Virus record (IMG/VR): IMGVR_UViG_3300032303_003166
Span: 1 to 64,000 of that record
Direction: 5' to 3' (one strand)
Origin: a virus
Taxonomy: Duplodnaviria; Caudoviricetes
Length of the DNA: 64,000 nucleotides
The notes beneath the pieces are model-generated. The model worked only from the letters and a program-made list of their open reading frames with translations, was not told the origin of the DNA and searched no databases. Below, piece after piece: positions 9,661-19,860 of this stretch; the first letter of the stretch is position 1; every line of letters starts with the position of its first letter. The translations under genes were made by a program, and so were the position numbers.

Positions 9661-10734
9661 TTACTTGGGAATGGTTCCCTCAACGCCCTTTACAAACCAG
9701 TTAATTGAAAGAATATCGTTAAGTGGTAGAACTGAACCTGCGGGTATTCGTACCTTTCCGTCTTGATCAGTAAGTGGACCGGTGTAAGGATCAAAAGTTC
9801 CTTGTTCCAGAGAATCGTGTACCTTGGCTACTGCATCTTTAACAGATTGAGGAACATTCTTGCCAAGCGGAGCCAGGTTTACAAGACCATCAGCCATAGA
9901 ACCCACATACTGTTCACTTTTCCAGGTCTTATCACGAACGGCAGTTACCACTCGTGTATAATATGGACCCCAGTTCCAGACTGCGTTGGTTAGATAGGTA
10001 TCTGGAGCATAGCGATTCATGTCACTATCATTTCCACCAGCAAATAATCCACGTTCCTTAGCGGCTAGCACAGAGGCTGGACTGTCCTGATAGGCAAGAA
10101 GCACGTCAGCACCCTTGTCTAGCAGCGAATTAGCAGCTTGCTTTTCAATGCTTGGATCAAACCAGGTGTTACTCCAGACCACAAGAACTTTTATCTTGGG
10201 ATTTACGCTTTGAGCACCTAGAGTAAATGCGTTAATATTGGCAACAACTTCTGGAATTGGATATGCACCAACGTATCCTAGAACATTCTTTTTAGTAACA
10301 CTTCCAGCCGCAATACCCGCTAAATATGATGCTTCCCAGTTCTTACCAGTATAGGTTCCCAGGTTCTCTGTTGACTTGTATCCGGTAGCATTCAAGAAAA
10401 CCACCTTGGGATTCTTAGCAGCAACATTAACAGTTGGATCCATGTAACCAAAACTGGTGGTAAACACCACGTCATGATTGGTGGCCAGGTCTGCAATTAC
10501 ACGTTCAGCATCAGACCCCTCTGGAACATTTTCAACTGTGTCTGCCTTAATTCCAAGCTTTTCTTCCATATACTTACGACCAAGATCATGTTGATAGGTC
10601 CAACCTCCATCGCCTGGCGGTCCAATATACACAAAGGCCACGCGTGTTCCAGTTGACGCCACTTCACTGGGCGTACAAGAAAATAGAAATAGTGCTATTG
10701 CAGATAGAAATAGCATTTTTACAAATGAGTTCAT
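9661..10734 (-). CDS. BMP-family (nucleoside-binding) ABC substrate-binding lipoprotein
   Basis: Lipobox LFLFSC; GPPGDGGWTYQHDLG, TTSFGY and WSNTWFDP motifs. Start 10734 follows GGAGG. Confidence 0.9.
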   Translation of the reverse strand: MNSFVKMLFLSAIALFLFSCTPSEVASTGTRVAFVYIGPPGDGGWTYQHDLGRKYMEEKLGIKADTVENVPEGSDAERVIADLATNHDVVFTTSFGYMDPTVNVAAKNPKVVFLNATGYKSTENLGTYTGKNWEASYLAGIAAGSVTKKNVLGYVGAYPIPEVVANINAFTLGAQSVNPKIKVLVVWSNTWFDPSIEKQAANSLLDKGADVLLAYQDSPASVLAAKERGLFAGGNDSDMNRYAPDTYLTNAVWNWGPYYTRVVTAVRDKTWKSEQYVGSMADGLVNLAPLGKNVPQSVKDAVAKVHDSLEQGTFDPYTGPLTDQDGKVRIPAGSVLPLNDILSINWFVKGVEGTIPK

Positions 10735-10823
10735 TAATCCCTCCTGAGGATAATGAGAATATAACACTGATTTTATCTTTTTTAGAAAAAAGGGCAATAA
10801 GCATTGCTTATTGCCCTTAATCT

Positions 10824-11441
10824 CTATTTAGAAATCTTGACCTTTACAGGTGCTTTTTCATCCTTCACAGGAATTTCTGCTACCAAGAGATCGCCTTCCC
10901 ATTTGGCGGAGGCGTCTGCCACATTAAAACGATTCTGTGGAATCTCATACTTATACTCTCCACTCACGTTTTCTTTTATGGTATTACGTAAAGTTGCCCA
11001 CTTACTATCTTTCTTGTCCTCTTTTTTCTCAGCTTTCTTGATAGAAAGAACCATAAGATCTTCATCAAATTCAAGATCTACAAGATCTTTTTGAATCCCA
11101 GCCAGAGCAAAAGTAAAGCGTAAAGACTTGGTGTCTTTTTGTATCTCAATTTTGCAAGGAGGAAAGCCATTTACTTTATCCCATGGAGTACCGTGACTTG
11201 TAATATAGTTTGTGACAGGAGTGTACCATTCAACTGTTGGTGAATTGTATGCATATCCACCCATATTAACTGAAGTTCCTCCAACAACCCCACCCCAGTT
11301 AGTGGTTGTGGTATATGCAGTATTCACTGTAGCTGCGGGAAGAGTAGAAACATGGTAAGAAGTAATAGGCTTTGATGCAACTTCAAATAAATCAAATAGT
11401 TCATCAGCCCAATTAGAGAGTGAAGCAAATCTGGCGTTCAT
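10824..11441 (-). CDS. Small heat-shock protein (Hsp20/alpha-crystallin)
   Basis: FPP.KIE...FTFALAG...F....ASAKWEGDLLVAEIP; long N-terminal region. Confidence 0.8.
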   Translation of the reverse strand: MNARFASLSNWADELFDLFEVASKPITSYHVSTLPAATVNTAYTTTTNWGGVVGGTSVNMGGYAYNSPTVEWYTPVTNYITSHGTPWDKVNGFPPCKIEIQKDTKSLRFTFALAGIQKDLVDLEFDEDLMVLSIKKAEKKEDKKDSKWATLRNTIKENVSGEYKYEIPQNRFNVADASAKWEGDLLVAEIPVKDEKAPVKVKISK

Positions 11442-11574
11442 AATAGAACCTCCAAAAGTTTTAGTTTAGCCCTTCATACGAAGCAGCTTGTGTTTTTGTT
11501 GCTAGCGGCCGCTACTCAACAGTTATTTAGTACTCTTAGGGATTTGCATCCCTAAGAGTTTTTTTACAGAAACA

Positions 11575-11853
11575 TCAAGGGAAGCTTGGATACATTCCTT
11601 CAATGCAGATCATTTGAACAGGATGCTGTCCCCATGGTTGAGGAGTTCCATGCTCATCCTTTGCACGCAGATCTGGAAGTTTGAAAGTGGCTGTTCCGTC
11701 ACCACCATACATGGTGCCAATAATAGAATAAAGAGCAGCATGATCTTTAATGTTCATAGACTGACCTTCACAGGCCATCCAGCCTCGTGGTCCGCCACGC
11801 CACATTCCTCCACCAAATAGACAAATACTAGAAATATAAGAATCTGGACTCAT
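11575..11853 (-). CDS. Stand-alone phage tail collar domain protein
   Basis: PRGWMACEGQ...ALYSIIGTMYGGDGTATFKLPDLR. Confidence 0.85.
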   Translation of the reverse strand: MSPDSYISSICLFGGGMWRGGPRGWMACEGQSMNIKDHAALYSIIGTMYGGDGTATFKLPDLRAKDEHGTPQPWGQHPVQMICIEGMYPSFP

Positions 11854-11880
11854 ATAATAATCTCCTTTAATATACTTTTA

Positions 11881-12240
11881 TTAGTATTGTTTATCTTTAC
11901 TAGACAGATACCAGTTTTCTCCTTCATTCTCATTAGGATATCTATCCAATGAATTAATGAATTCTGGGTACCAGGAGGCAAACTTTATAAACTCTGACTG
12001 ATCATTATCCAGTGATGGATACTTTTTAACCAAGCTCATCCAAATTTTCATTTGATTTAACATATATATAGCTCTTTCTTTATCTCTTAAAGAATAAGCT
12101 CGGGTTCCTAATTCTTTATCTTCTAGATCTTCTAAAAGAATGCCACTTTTAAGAATTTTCTTATAATCCATTTCATTTATTTTTTTAAAGGCATAAGCTA
12201 CATCTTGATCAATTCTATTGACAACCTGTTTTATACTCAT
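11881..12240 (-). CDS. Hypothetical protein
   Basis: 119-aa ORF, ATGA-coupled to the upstream gene. Confidence 0.6.
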   Translation of the reverse strand: MSIKQVVNRIDQDVAYAFKKINEMDYKKILKSGILLEDLEDKELGTRAYSLRDKERAIYMLNQMKIWMSLVKKYPSLDNDQSEFIKFASWYPEFINSLDRYPNENEGENWYLSSKDKQY

Positions 12241-12650
12241 ATGGATTTTCCTAGTTCTTGTAAAATAGAGTTTACATTCTTAATGTCAGCAGAGTGCACT
12301 TGTTGACTTAGTTCTTCATTGATGACAATACTGCGTATTTTTTTACTATTAAGAAGACTTAATACTTCATTATAGGTATTTTTAATAGGAATCCAAATAA
12401 TTCCACTTACGTGGCGATCATTTTTAAGATAGCGTATCATTTCATCTTCGGTCATTTGAATCTTATCACTATAATTTATGCAAGGAGACCATTCTTCTTT
12501 CATGCATAATAAAGATTTTATCTTTAATGAGACATTGCTATCATCTTGATAGGATACTTCAAGTAAATCTAGTATTCCAAAGACGTCAAAGTTTGCGATT
12601 TTAGCAGCTTTTCTTGAGTCAATAAAAATAGTAGATGAAATAGTATTCAT
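12237..12650 (-). CDS. Hypothetical protein
   Basis: 137-aa ORF directly after TACTAATTA. Confidence 0.6.
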   Translation of the reverse strand: MNTISSTIFIDSRKAAKIANFDVFGILDLLEVSYQDDSNVSLKIKSLLCMKEEWSPCINYSDKIQMTEDEMIRYLKNDRHVSGIIWIPIKNTYNEVLSLLNSKKIRSIVINEELSQQVHSADIKNVNSILQELGKSI

Positions 12651-12679
12651 ATATTTTAATTAGTATGTTTCTTGATAAA

Positions 12680-13018
12680 TTATTTGCTTTTTACAAGCAT
12701 TGCATAACCATAAAGAAAATCCATCTCTTCATCTTTAACAAGAAGTACTGGTTTGTCTTGCAAATCATGTACAATTGCAGACCAACCGGCACCAACAATT
12801 TTAAAGTTAATCTCAACTGAGTCTTTACTTGGAAATAAATAAAGCTTTTGTTTTTGAAAAACTTTTGTTTCTCCTGGCTGATCTTTTATAGCTTTTTTAT
12901 AAATAAGTAAAGAATTTTTTAGTCTTTCTTTTACTTGTTTTTGATATATATTTTTAAAATTCTTTTTATTTTTATTTAATAGCATGTATCTTATAAATAA
13001 AGAGTATATTGTGCTCAT
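12680..13018 (-). CDS. Hypothetical basic protein
   Basis: 112-aa ORF in a tightly packed run. Confidence 0.55.
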   Translation of the reverse strand: MSTIYSLFIRYMLLNKNKKNFKNIYQKQVKERLKNSLLIYKKAIKDQPGETKVFQKQKLYLFPSKDSVEINFKIVGAGWSAIVHDLQDKPVLLVKDEEMDFLYGYAMLVKSK

Positions 13019-13020
13019 AG

Positions 13021-13530
13021 TTAATCCTTGGAAACTCCTAAACCTGCAACCTCTGATTGCAAATTTTTTGAAAGATTACTTAGTATGAAATTTTGTTGTC
13101 CCCATGATTCAGTTAGGCGACGAAGAAAAGAAATCTGAGCCTCTTTCATATTGAGCTCATGCTTTTTTTGCTTGAATTCCTCAGAGAATTTGGTACGCAC
13201 AATATATTCTATTTCTTTTTGTGAAGCCCATTTTCCTGGTGACACTGATTTAGGATTTTCTATTTCTCTAACCTGAATATACTTATCTGCATACCAGTCT
13301 TCATACTCTTCTTCAGAACGTTTAAACTCATTACGAGCAATAGAGTGCATGGCAATAAGAGTAAGATTGGTATTTTGGTATTCCATAAGAGCGCGATTAA
13401 GATCAAAAAATGTGAGCATTCCATCTTTTCCTAGTTGTGAATACTTACGAATTTCAGCTAGTTTTTGTTGAACATACTCTAAGAAAGCTGCTTCACGCTC
13501 TTGAATATCATATTCACTTTGATCTGTCAT
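13021..13530 (-). CDS. UvsY-like recombination mediator
   Basis: Helical; YEDWYADKY...KEIEYIV...ISFLRRL..SW..QNFILSNL resembles UvsY. Start at MTDQ after GAGG. Confidence 0.5.
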   Translation of the reverse strand: MTDQSEYDIQEREAAFLEYVQQKLAEIRKYSQLGKDGMLTFFDLNRALMEYQNTNLTLIAMHSIARNEFKRSEEEYEDWYADKYIQVREIENPKSVSPGKWASQKEIEYIVRTKFSEEFKQKKHELNMKEAQISFLRRLTESWGQQNFILSNLSKNLQSEVAGLGVSKD

Positions 13531-13587
13531 TCCGCCTCTTGTTCTCATTAAAATTCCTTATAAGGAAGATATAACCTGAGGAATGAA

Positions 13588-14040
13588 TTAATCTTCAAGA
13601 AGTTTAAAAAATGTTCTAATGTCTTTCCAAACAGCATTGTCTTTATTATTATCACCAGTTTCAACATTAGTAGAGCCTGTTTCTCTATTAAAATAAAGAA
13701 CGTCTTCATAAACGTTAAATTGAGGACGATATATTGATATTGATTCATTGTTAAATTGAATTGGACTATCTACGTCTTTGGTATATTTTTTATCAAAAAT
13801 AAAAATATATTTTATCCGTGATAAAGATATATCTGTTCTATTTTTTATAGAAATTATTGCTCTTTTTGACTTTGTATCAAAAACTACATTAAAATAATTT
13901 ACTACTTTTGAAAAAAATTGATCAAAGTCTGATATAATGAAATCAATATAAATATCATCTTCCGCTGCTGTTTTTGATACACCTTGATAAACTAATGTTT
14001 CGTCATTTTTAAACTGTATGGTTCTATAGCTCAGTTTCAT
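13588..14040 (-). CDS. Hypothetical protein
   Basis: 150-aa ORF overlapping the end of the upstream gene. Confidence 0.55.
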   Translation of the reverse strand: MKLSYRTIQFKNDETLVYQGVSKTAAEDDIYIDFIISDFDQFFSKVVNYFNVVFDTKSKRAIISIKNRTDISLSRIKYIFIFDKKYTKDVDSPIQFNNESISIYRPQFNVYEDVLYFNRETGSTNVETGDNNKDNAVWKDIRTFFKLLED

Positions 14041-14935
14041 TTTTATTTTTCCTATTCAAAGTAACCGTTTTAAGCGCATTCTCTGGAGCTTCTGTTTGAG
14101 CTGATCCAGTTCCACCAGTGGACGCATTTATTGCTCCACCACCAATTCCGCTTTCACCATCCTCTTTAAAATAGAACTCCAAAAAGCTTTTTATGTCCTT
14201 TTTTTCAGGTTCGGGAAGATAGATTTCAAACTCAACAAATCCGCCTTCAAGGCTAGTTTTTACTTCACCACCAAAAGATTTGGCAAATCTTTGATAAATA
14301 GAAGATCTATAACCCTCTGATGATTTTGCAGAGAAAGAAACCATTCTTATTTTTGAATACTTATTTACTATGTTATGCGCTTCATTGAAAACATAAGAAA
14401 AAATTTGAAACATTCTTTTGGTTCTAAGTTTTTTAATGCTTTCATCTTTGCTATTTGTTACATAATCTGGTAACACTTGAGTATAGGGACTTCCTGATCT
14501 TCTACTGATAGCGTAAAAAATTATTTCTAGTATGGCTATGTCAGGATCCTGATCAATATCAACATGAAAATCCACCTGATAGTCAATACCTAAAGGATCA
14601 TCTTCAGGTAAATGCACCAGTATATTTTTTAATAAGCGTACATTGGTTTTTCCTGGAATTAAAAGTTCATCAAGATTGTCAAATGTTATTTCAGGATCTA
14701 GATCTTTAATAAAATCCGGATTAAATTCAGTAGACCCAACAAGTTCTTTTATTTTATTCTCTTTCTTGCTTCCATAGTAACGCATCTGAGTTAAATGATC
14801 TTCTGCAGCGGCTTTTGAGGCATGACTTGAGATTATCTTGCCTGTTTCATGCGATTTGACCACCCAAGGAGCAGATTCGCCCGCTGAATTCTTGTGACCA
14901 GGAACATGAGTAACAAATTCGTTTAGCTTTACCAT
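14024..14935 (-). CDS. Modular hypothetical protein (putative internal head protein)
   Basis: Start ATG 14935 overlaps the upstream stop; LNE/IKE sites; common phage motif FSAK...RSSIYQRF. Confidence 0.55.
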   Translation of the reverse strand: MVKLNEFVTHVPGHKNSAGESAPWVVKSHETGKIISSHASKAAAEDHLTQMRYYGSKKENKIKELVGSTEFNPDFIKDLDPEITFDNLDELLIPGKTNVRLLKNILVHLPEDDPLGIDYQVDFHVDIDQDPDIAILEIIFYAISRRSGSPYTQVLPDYVTNSKDESIKKLRTKRMFQIFSYVFNEAHNIVNKYSKIRMVSFSAKSSEGYRSSIYQRFAKSFGGEVKTSLEGGFVEFEIYLPEPEKKDIKSFLEFYFKEDGESGIGGGAINASTGGTGSAQTEAPENALKTVTLNRKNKNETEL

Positions 14936-15453
14936 CCAAGTTCCGTCCTTCGTAATTGAGCGTCTGACACCAATTCTAAGATCTCTTGAGGAAGAGTATT
15001 GTTGTAGTATGCGCAATTAAACTTTCTCCAAAGCGCATAATTTGTGCCTATGGTTATAAATGTTTCAAGAATTTGAAGAATCATTACGTATGGTCTGTCT
15101 ACTTCTGGATCTTTTAAGACGCGAATTAGCAAATCATCTTTGTCAATATTATATTTATTAAGAGTATAACACTCAAAAGGAAACATTTCAAAAGGATCAA
15201 GAGAGTCTAGACTTAGAGTTCCTTCTGTATTAATAACTCTACGCATGGGAATATCAATCATTGGTGGCATAACCACTTCAATAAGACCTATATCATCAAT
15301 GGTTCTTGATTCCAGGTCTCCCTGTTTTGTGTATTTGGCCGATATTCGCATAAAATCAAGAGTATTACCAGCCAATGAAATTGAGTTATCAATCAGTTTT
15401 CTTTTGAGTCTATCTAATTTTGAGCCTAATCTGGATTGAATGTTTCTTGGCAT
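14929..15453 (-). CDS. Putative head-completion/neck protein
   Basis: 174 aa, leaderless late-type start; weak resemblance to head-closure proteins. Confidence 0.4.
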   Translation of the reverse strand: MPRNIQSRLGSKLDRLKRKLIDNSISLAGNTLDFMRISAKYTKQGDLESRTIDDIGLIEVVMPPMIDIPMRRVINTEGTLSLDSLDPFEMFPFECYTLNKYNIDKDDLLIRVLKDPEVDRPYVMILQILETFITIGTNYALWRKFNCAYYNNTLPQEILELVSDAQLRRTELGW

Positions 15454-15537
15454 AAGTAATTAGTAACCGGTAACTAACTACAATAGTTATCTAAATTATT
15501 TTTTTACAAAGCCACAATAGCTGGTTATTTTAGATAC

Positions 15538-15729
15538 ATGGAGAATAAAGTTATGGCTATGACACGAGATGGAATTTTAGGGCTATTAGATCTAGAAGAC
15601 GCTCCTCAGCACCCCTTATATGTGGCTGAGGGAAAAGAGCAGGTAAAAGATAATGTTATTATTAATGGCAATCTTTTAATAAAGAAAGGTTCTGTTATAG
15701 AAATTCAACAACCCAAGAAGAAGAAGTAG
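15538..15729 (+). CDS. Small hypothetical protein
   Basis: Follows TTTACA-N17-TATTTT by 6 nt. Confidence 0.55.
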   Translation: MENKVMAMTRDGILGLLDLEDAPQHPLYVAEGKEQVKDNVIINGNLLIKKGSVIEIQQPKKKK

Positions 15730-15756
15730 GTTATATTCTACCACAGAGGTAGAAAT

Positions 15757-15984
15757 ATGAAAACCAAAGATTTTACATATATTAAGGCTATGGGTGAAAA
15801 GAAAAGCTATTCACTTATGGTGCTTAATGAAACAGATAAGCATCTTAATGGCGTTGCTATGAATTACTTATCAGATGAAGAACGAGCAGCGCTTACTGGC
15901 ATTCAAGAAAAGTATGAAGAAGATCTTAAGCCCTTTATGAATAAGGCTTATAGACAATTTCTTAAAGAAAAAATTGTACAATAA
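15757..15984 (+). CDS. Small hypothetical protein
   Basis: GAGG RBS; ends at a terminator. Confidence 0.65.
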   Translation: MKTKDFTYIKAMGEKKSYSLMVLNETDKHLNGVAMNYLSDEERAALTGIQEKYEEDLKPFMNKAYRQFLKEKIVQ

Positions 15985-16009
15985 AAAAGGAGCCTTACGG
16001 CTCCTTTTT
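15984..16009. terminator. Bidirectional intrinsic terminator
   Basis: AAAAAGGAGCC-ttac-GGCTCCTTTTT between convergent genes. Confidence 0.85.
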
Positions 16010-16025
16010 GCTTTAAGCCAAGATA

Positions 16026-16211
16026 TTATTTCTTGGCTGCGGCTGCTTTAGCAGCGGCTTTGTCAGCGGCTACTTTTGCAAGCATTTCATCCAGGCTTTT
16101 TACTTCTACATAAGCGGGATCTTTTACTGCCTTCTTAACCGTGGCCTTGGGATTTACCCAGCCTGTTACTGCAGGATCCTTATCAACTGCGTCTTCAAAT
16201 GTTACTGCCAT
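16026..16211 (-). CDS. Small Ala/Lys-rich protein
   Basis: Strong AAGGAG RBS; 61 aa. Confidence 0.65.
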   Translation of the reverse strand: MAVTFEDAVDKDPAVTGWVNPKATVKKAVKDPAYVEVKSLDEMLAKVAADKAAAKAAAAKK

Positions 16212-16232
16212 AATGTTTTTTCTCCTTTATCC

Positions 16233-16970
16233 TTAGTTCATCTTCTGAATTTCAACATACAATGCCATTCTACCAACACCAAGTAGATCAGAAGATACAT
16301 AGCACATTCTACCATCAGTGGTATACTCGTCATAAGCACCAAGTTTGCTTCCCCAAGAGTCTAGGTGGTAGGTCATTTCTTTGGCTTCACCAACATAGGA
16401 AGCATTGTAGCAAGAGCGATCAAGTACGTTATCTGAATAGTCACCCTCTATTTCTACAGTCTCACTATATCCCAAGCCGCCGCCGCCGCCGCCTCCTTCA
16501 CCGCGGTCAGTATCAAAGCCAGGAGTATCATTATACTTGCGAGGTGATCCCTTCCAATGAATGGACGCTGTATTATTGCGAATATTAGTAATACCAGTAA
16601 CTTCCCAACCATTTTGAAGAAGTTCAAATCGTGCTTGTGCATCGCCTTCTGGTCCAAAAAGATCATAAACCTTATGAGCTACTGCTCTGCCGTAATCTAG
16701 ATCGGTAACATATACATCATAGTCAGCAAGAGCTACTCCACCAAAATACATATTGTCATCATCATTGGCTCTCCACCAGATAGATGTTCTACCAACAGTC
16801 TCAATGGGTGCATCGGTTCCAATAGCAACATCTACTGTATGGCCTAAATAACTGTTTGATTCAGCATACACTTTAGTGATTGACCAACCATTAGGAAGAA
16901 CAAATGAGTCTCCCTGACCTAGAGGTGAAATAACCGCGCGGTTATTCCCACCCTTCTTATTCTTAACCAT
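16233..16970 (-). CDS. Putative capsid decoration-like protein, paralog family member
   Basis: N- and C-termini similar to 32532..33224. Start 16970 after GGAG. Confidence 0.55.
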   Translation of the reverse strand: MVKNKKGGNNRAVISPLGQGDSFVLPNGWSITKVYAESNSYLGHTVDVAIGTDAPIETVGRTSIWWRANDDDNMYFGGVALADYDVYVTDLDYGRAVAHKVYDLFGPEGDAQARFELLQNGWEVTGITNIRNNTASIHWKGSPRKYNDTPGFDTDRGEGGGGGGGLGYSETVEIEGDYSDNVLDRSCYNASYVGEAKEMTYHLDSWGSKLGAYDEYTTDGRMCYVSSDLLGVGRMALYVEIQKMN

Positions 16971-17091
16971 AAACATCTCCTATTTACCTTAAAAAGGTTC
17001 CTCTTTTTTGAGATCTCAATACCGAGATCTTCCTTTTAATTAGTAGAGACAGATATTGAGCTTAACTACTAAATATAAATGGAGGCTATTC

Positions 17092-17850
17092 ATGTTTAAA
17101 GGAAAAACCCGGTTAGGTCAAAGTGTTGATGCTGCAATTATCTCTATAGCATCTTATAGCGATGGCCAAAAAGATGTTTACAAAAGTTTAGGATTTGATA
17201 AGTATAAAGAACTCAATGTTGATGGTGCAAATTGCCAGTTAGCCGCTAGTGACACTGAAGTGGTGATCGCATTTCGTGGCACGCAGGTAGAAGAAGTTAG
17301 TGACGTATTTGCAGATCTTGACATTATTAAAGTTAAGGAAGGGAATGGGTTTGTTCATCAGGGTTTTAGAAATGAATCTCTTAAGTTATGGAAAGGAGTA
17401 AAAGATTGGTGCAATAAGAATTCTGGAAAAGACATTTATGTTACAGGCCACAGTCTTGGTGGAGCTCTTGCTCTTTACACCACCTATCTTTTAGAGAAAG
17501 AGGGACTGCAAGTAGCGCAGCTTATCACCTTTGGACAACCACGTCTTGGAAATACTGCATTCTTAAATGCTATCAATGTTCCTTATCTACGTTATGTAAA
17601 TCTTAATGACATTGTTCCACATGTTCCACCAGTAAACTTTGGTTATAATCATGCTGGAGATCTTCAGTGGATTGATAGTCACGGCGAAATCTCCAAGATG
17701 AATACCTGGAATCGTTGGGTTGAAGGTCTTTCAGTTTTGGTTTATTCAATGTTTAATAAGCATCCTTTTAAGACCATTGAAGATCATGACCTTCACAAGT
17801 ACGCTGATAAGCTTACTCATCTCTTAAACAAAGAAACCAGAGGCGTTTAA
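17092..17850 (+). CDS. Class 3 lipase
   Basis: AFRGT, VHQGF, GHSLGG nucleophile elbow, TFGQPRLGN, DIVPHVPP. Start 17092 after GGAGG. Confidence 0.9.
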   Translation: MFKGKTRLGQSVDAAIISIASYSDGQKDVYKSLGFDKYKELNVDGANCQLAASDTEVVIAFRGTQVEEVSDVFADLDIIKVKEGNGFVHQGFRNESLKLWKGVKDWCNKNSGKDIYVTGHSLGGALALYTTYLLEKEGLQVAQLITFGQPRLGNTAFLNAINVPYLRYVNLNDIVPHVPPVNFGYNHAGDLQWIDSHGEISKMNTWNRWVEGLSVLVYSMFNKHPFKTIEDHDLHKYADKLTHLLNKETRGV

Positions 17851-18159
17851 TCAATTTTTAGTTCTATTATATACCTCTTCCAATCGCGTCAAAAAACCTG
17901 GCATATCAAACTCTTTGCGTCGTAGTATGCGCTCTAATAAATGTTTGTGACAGCTACTACATAGCAGCACAAGCTCACTAAGATTTTCATTGCCATAGGA
18001 GGCAGGAACTGTGTGATGTACTTGCATGTATCGCGATTGTGAAGCTCTCTTGGAGATCTGGCAGATGTAGCAGGTGTAATCATATTCAATAAGAATTAGC
18101 CGTCTTGTCTCTTTCCACTTGGGTGAAGCGCGATATCTGGTTTTATCTCGTTGATTCAT
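17851..18159 (-). CDS. HNH endonuclease
   Basis: CYIC...VHH...E....L.LLCSSCH. Confidence 0.85.
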   Translation of the reverse strand: MNQRDKTRYRASPKWKETRRLILIEYDYTCYICQISKRASQSRYMQVHHTVPASYGNENLSELVLLCSSCHKHLLERILRRKEFDMPGFLTRLEEVYNRTKN

Positions 18160-18269
18160 ACCTAGTTAGTGTAAAATTATCAATCTAAGCACATTCATAG
18201 AAAGCTTGGTCATAATTTAATTTGTATGAACTTAAATTAAAATTACTTTGACAAAATTTCATATACATA

Positions 18270-18299
18270 AAAAAAGGAGAGCCGAAGCTCTCCTTTTTT
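18270..18299 (-). terminator. Intrinsic terminator of the capsid gene with cUUCGg tetraloop
   Basis: Minus strand GGAGAGC-TTCG-GCTCTCC-TTTTTT. Confidence 0.85.
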
Positions 18300-18315
18300 G
18301 CAATCATAAATCTGA

Positions 18316-19860
18316 TTAGCGGATTGAAGTGATCTTGATACGACCAAAATACTTGCTGTTAAGAACAGCCTTGTCTTGATATGTGGCAAGACCAGCTTCT
18401 GCGTAGAAGTTCTTACGTTGAATGAGGCCAGTTGATACGAAAGGTACCAATACACCGTAAGCAATGCCTACGTCAGCTTCGTTCTCGGGATTCTTGAACA
18501 CAGTTACTAGTTCGTCGTTAGGAATAACATCAGAGGGAACCTTGAATAGAGGAATTCCTTGAAGTTCACCAACCTGGTAACCACCGTTTCTTTCCTGGGC
18601 ACCCTTGGTGGTGAAGCCAGTGTTGAGGCGGAGGTAAGAAACAGCCTTGGGTCCACCAACGATACGAGTTACGCCACCACGTTTGATGTCATTGTACATG
18701 TTGTCACCGATTCTCTCGATGGCCTGTCCAACAAGCTGAGCAGTGTGTCCGTATGAGTCGTTGGTACCAGCGCCAGCTTCAGCATCAAACTCAGTGTAAT
18801 AGGCAGTGCCATTACCAAGAGCGGCAATGTAAGCATCCTTAACAGCAGAGTAGTCAAGTGAGCGGCGAATTTCCTGACCAGCGTAGTCAAGAAGCAACTC
18901 TTCGCCAGAAACACCAAAGGACGTATCCAAGGTGATCTGAGTGAGTTGAGTCATGGTCACGCCAAGTGTCCAAGGACGAGGATTGAATTGGTAGTCGTCC
19001 ATGACGAGTTCAACTTCGCCAAGGTTGGTACCAGTGAGGTCTCTTTCTGAGTCGTAGCGACCATAAGCAAGAGGAGTACCACCGCTATAACCAGTTACAT
19101 GGAATAGGGTAGGACTGTCTTGAGTTATAGTAACGCCAGCTCCGGGAATTACAAACCAGGCCTTGGTCATCTTGTCCTGAACGGCTAGTGGATCTTGTTC
19201 ACCACCAACTCCAAATACTGCGGCATAACCGTCAATATAACCAAGAGCAAATGCACCATTGGGAGTGCCAGTAGCCACGCCGTTGGCACCAACGGTAAGG
19301 GGACCAAAGTTAAAGTAGTAGCCACCATCAGTTCGACCAATAACCTGAGCATTGGCTACTTCTGAGGCATAGCGGCTTTCTGAGGTTTCATACATGGCCT
19401 TGCGGTAATCGCTGCTCTGGGGCTTCTGAGTACCGTTGAGGTTGTAATCACCAAAAGTACGATTGATAGCGGTTCCACCAGTTGAAGTGGTGTAAACTGG
19501 GCGAATGTACTTGATGCTATCCTTGGTCGTCTCCATAGCAAACTCGGTAAATAGCTTGGGACGAATTACGTTGGTATAAACCAAGCGAATTAGGCGTAGC
19601 ATGTTTTCAGGTGAAAAGCCTTGAAATGAGCTTGAAAGCTGAGCTTCAGTCAAACGACTCATGATACGAGTCTGATTTTCCAAGTAAATGGCGGTATTAC
19701 GAGCGGTGCCTTCATCAAGGTTCTTGAGGCCTACACCAACTTCAGGAATACGTGACCACTTCTCGACAAGACGGTCTGCGCGATAGGATCTCTCATTGAG
19801 ATAGGCCTTATCAACAGCAGGACCAGCAGCGTTGCGCTGCATTGTTGCGGTTAGGGACAT
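18316..19860 (-). CDS. Major capsid protein (T4 gp23-like)
   Basis: LVEKWS...TAIYLENQ...LTE, LIRLVY, EIRRSLD, KYFGRIKI; 514 aa; downstream of portal and protease. Confidence 0.9.
   Translation of the reverse strand: MSLTATMQRNAAGPAVDKAYLNERSYRADRLVEKWSRIPEVGVGLKNLDEGTARNTAIYLENQTRIMSRLTEAQLSSSFQGFSPENMLRLIRLVYTNVIRPKLFTEFAMETTKDSIKYIRPVYTTSTGGTAINRTFGDYNLNGTQKPQSSDYRKAMYETSESRYASEVANAQVIGRTDGGYYFNFGPLTVGANGVATGTPNGAFALGYIDGYAAVFGVGGEQDPLAVQDKMTKAWFVIPGAGVTITQDSPTLFHVTGYSGGTPLAYGRYDSERDLTGTNLGEVELVMDDYQFNPRPWTLGVTMTQLTQITLDTSFGVSGEELLLDYAGQEIRRSLDYSAVKDAYIAALGNGTAYYTEFDAEAGAGTNDSYGHTAQLVGQAIERIGDNMYNDIKRGGVTRIVGGPKAVSYLRLNTGFTTKGAQERNGGYQVGELQGIPLFKVPSDVIPNDELVTVFKNPENEADVGIAYGVLVPFVSTGLIQRKNFYAEAGLATYQDKAVLNSKYFGRIKITSIR

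Noticed and set aside
11442-11523. RNA thermometer in the hsp20 leader
   Set aside because: Small hairpins are present but none clearly pairs with the GGAGG RBS; no ROSE motif seen and only a weak U-run.
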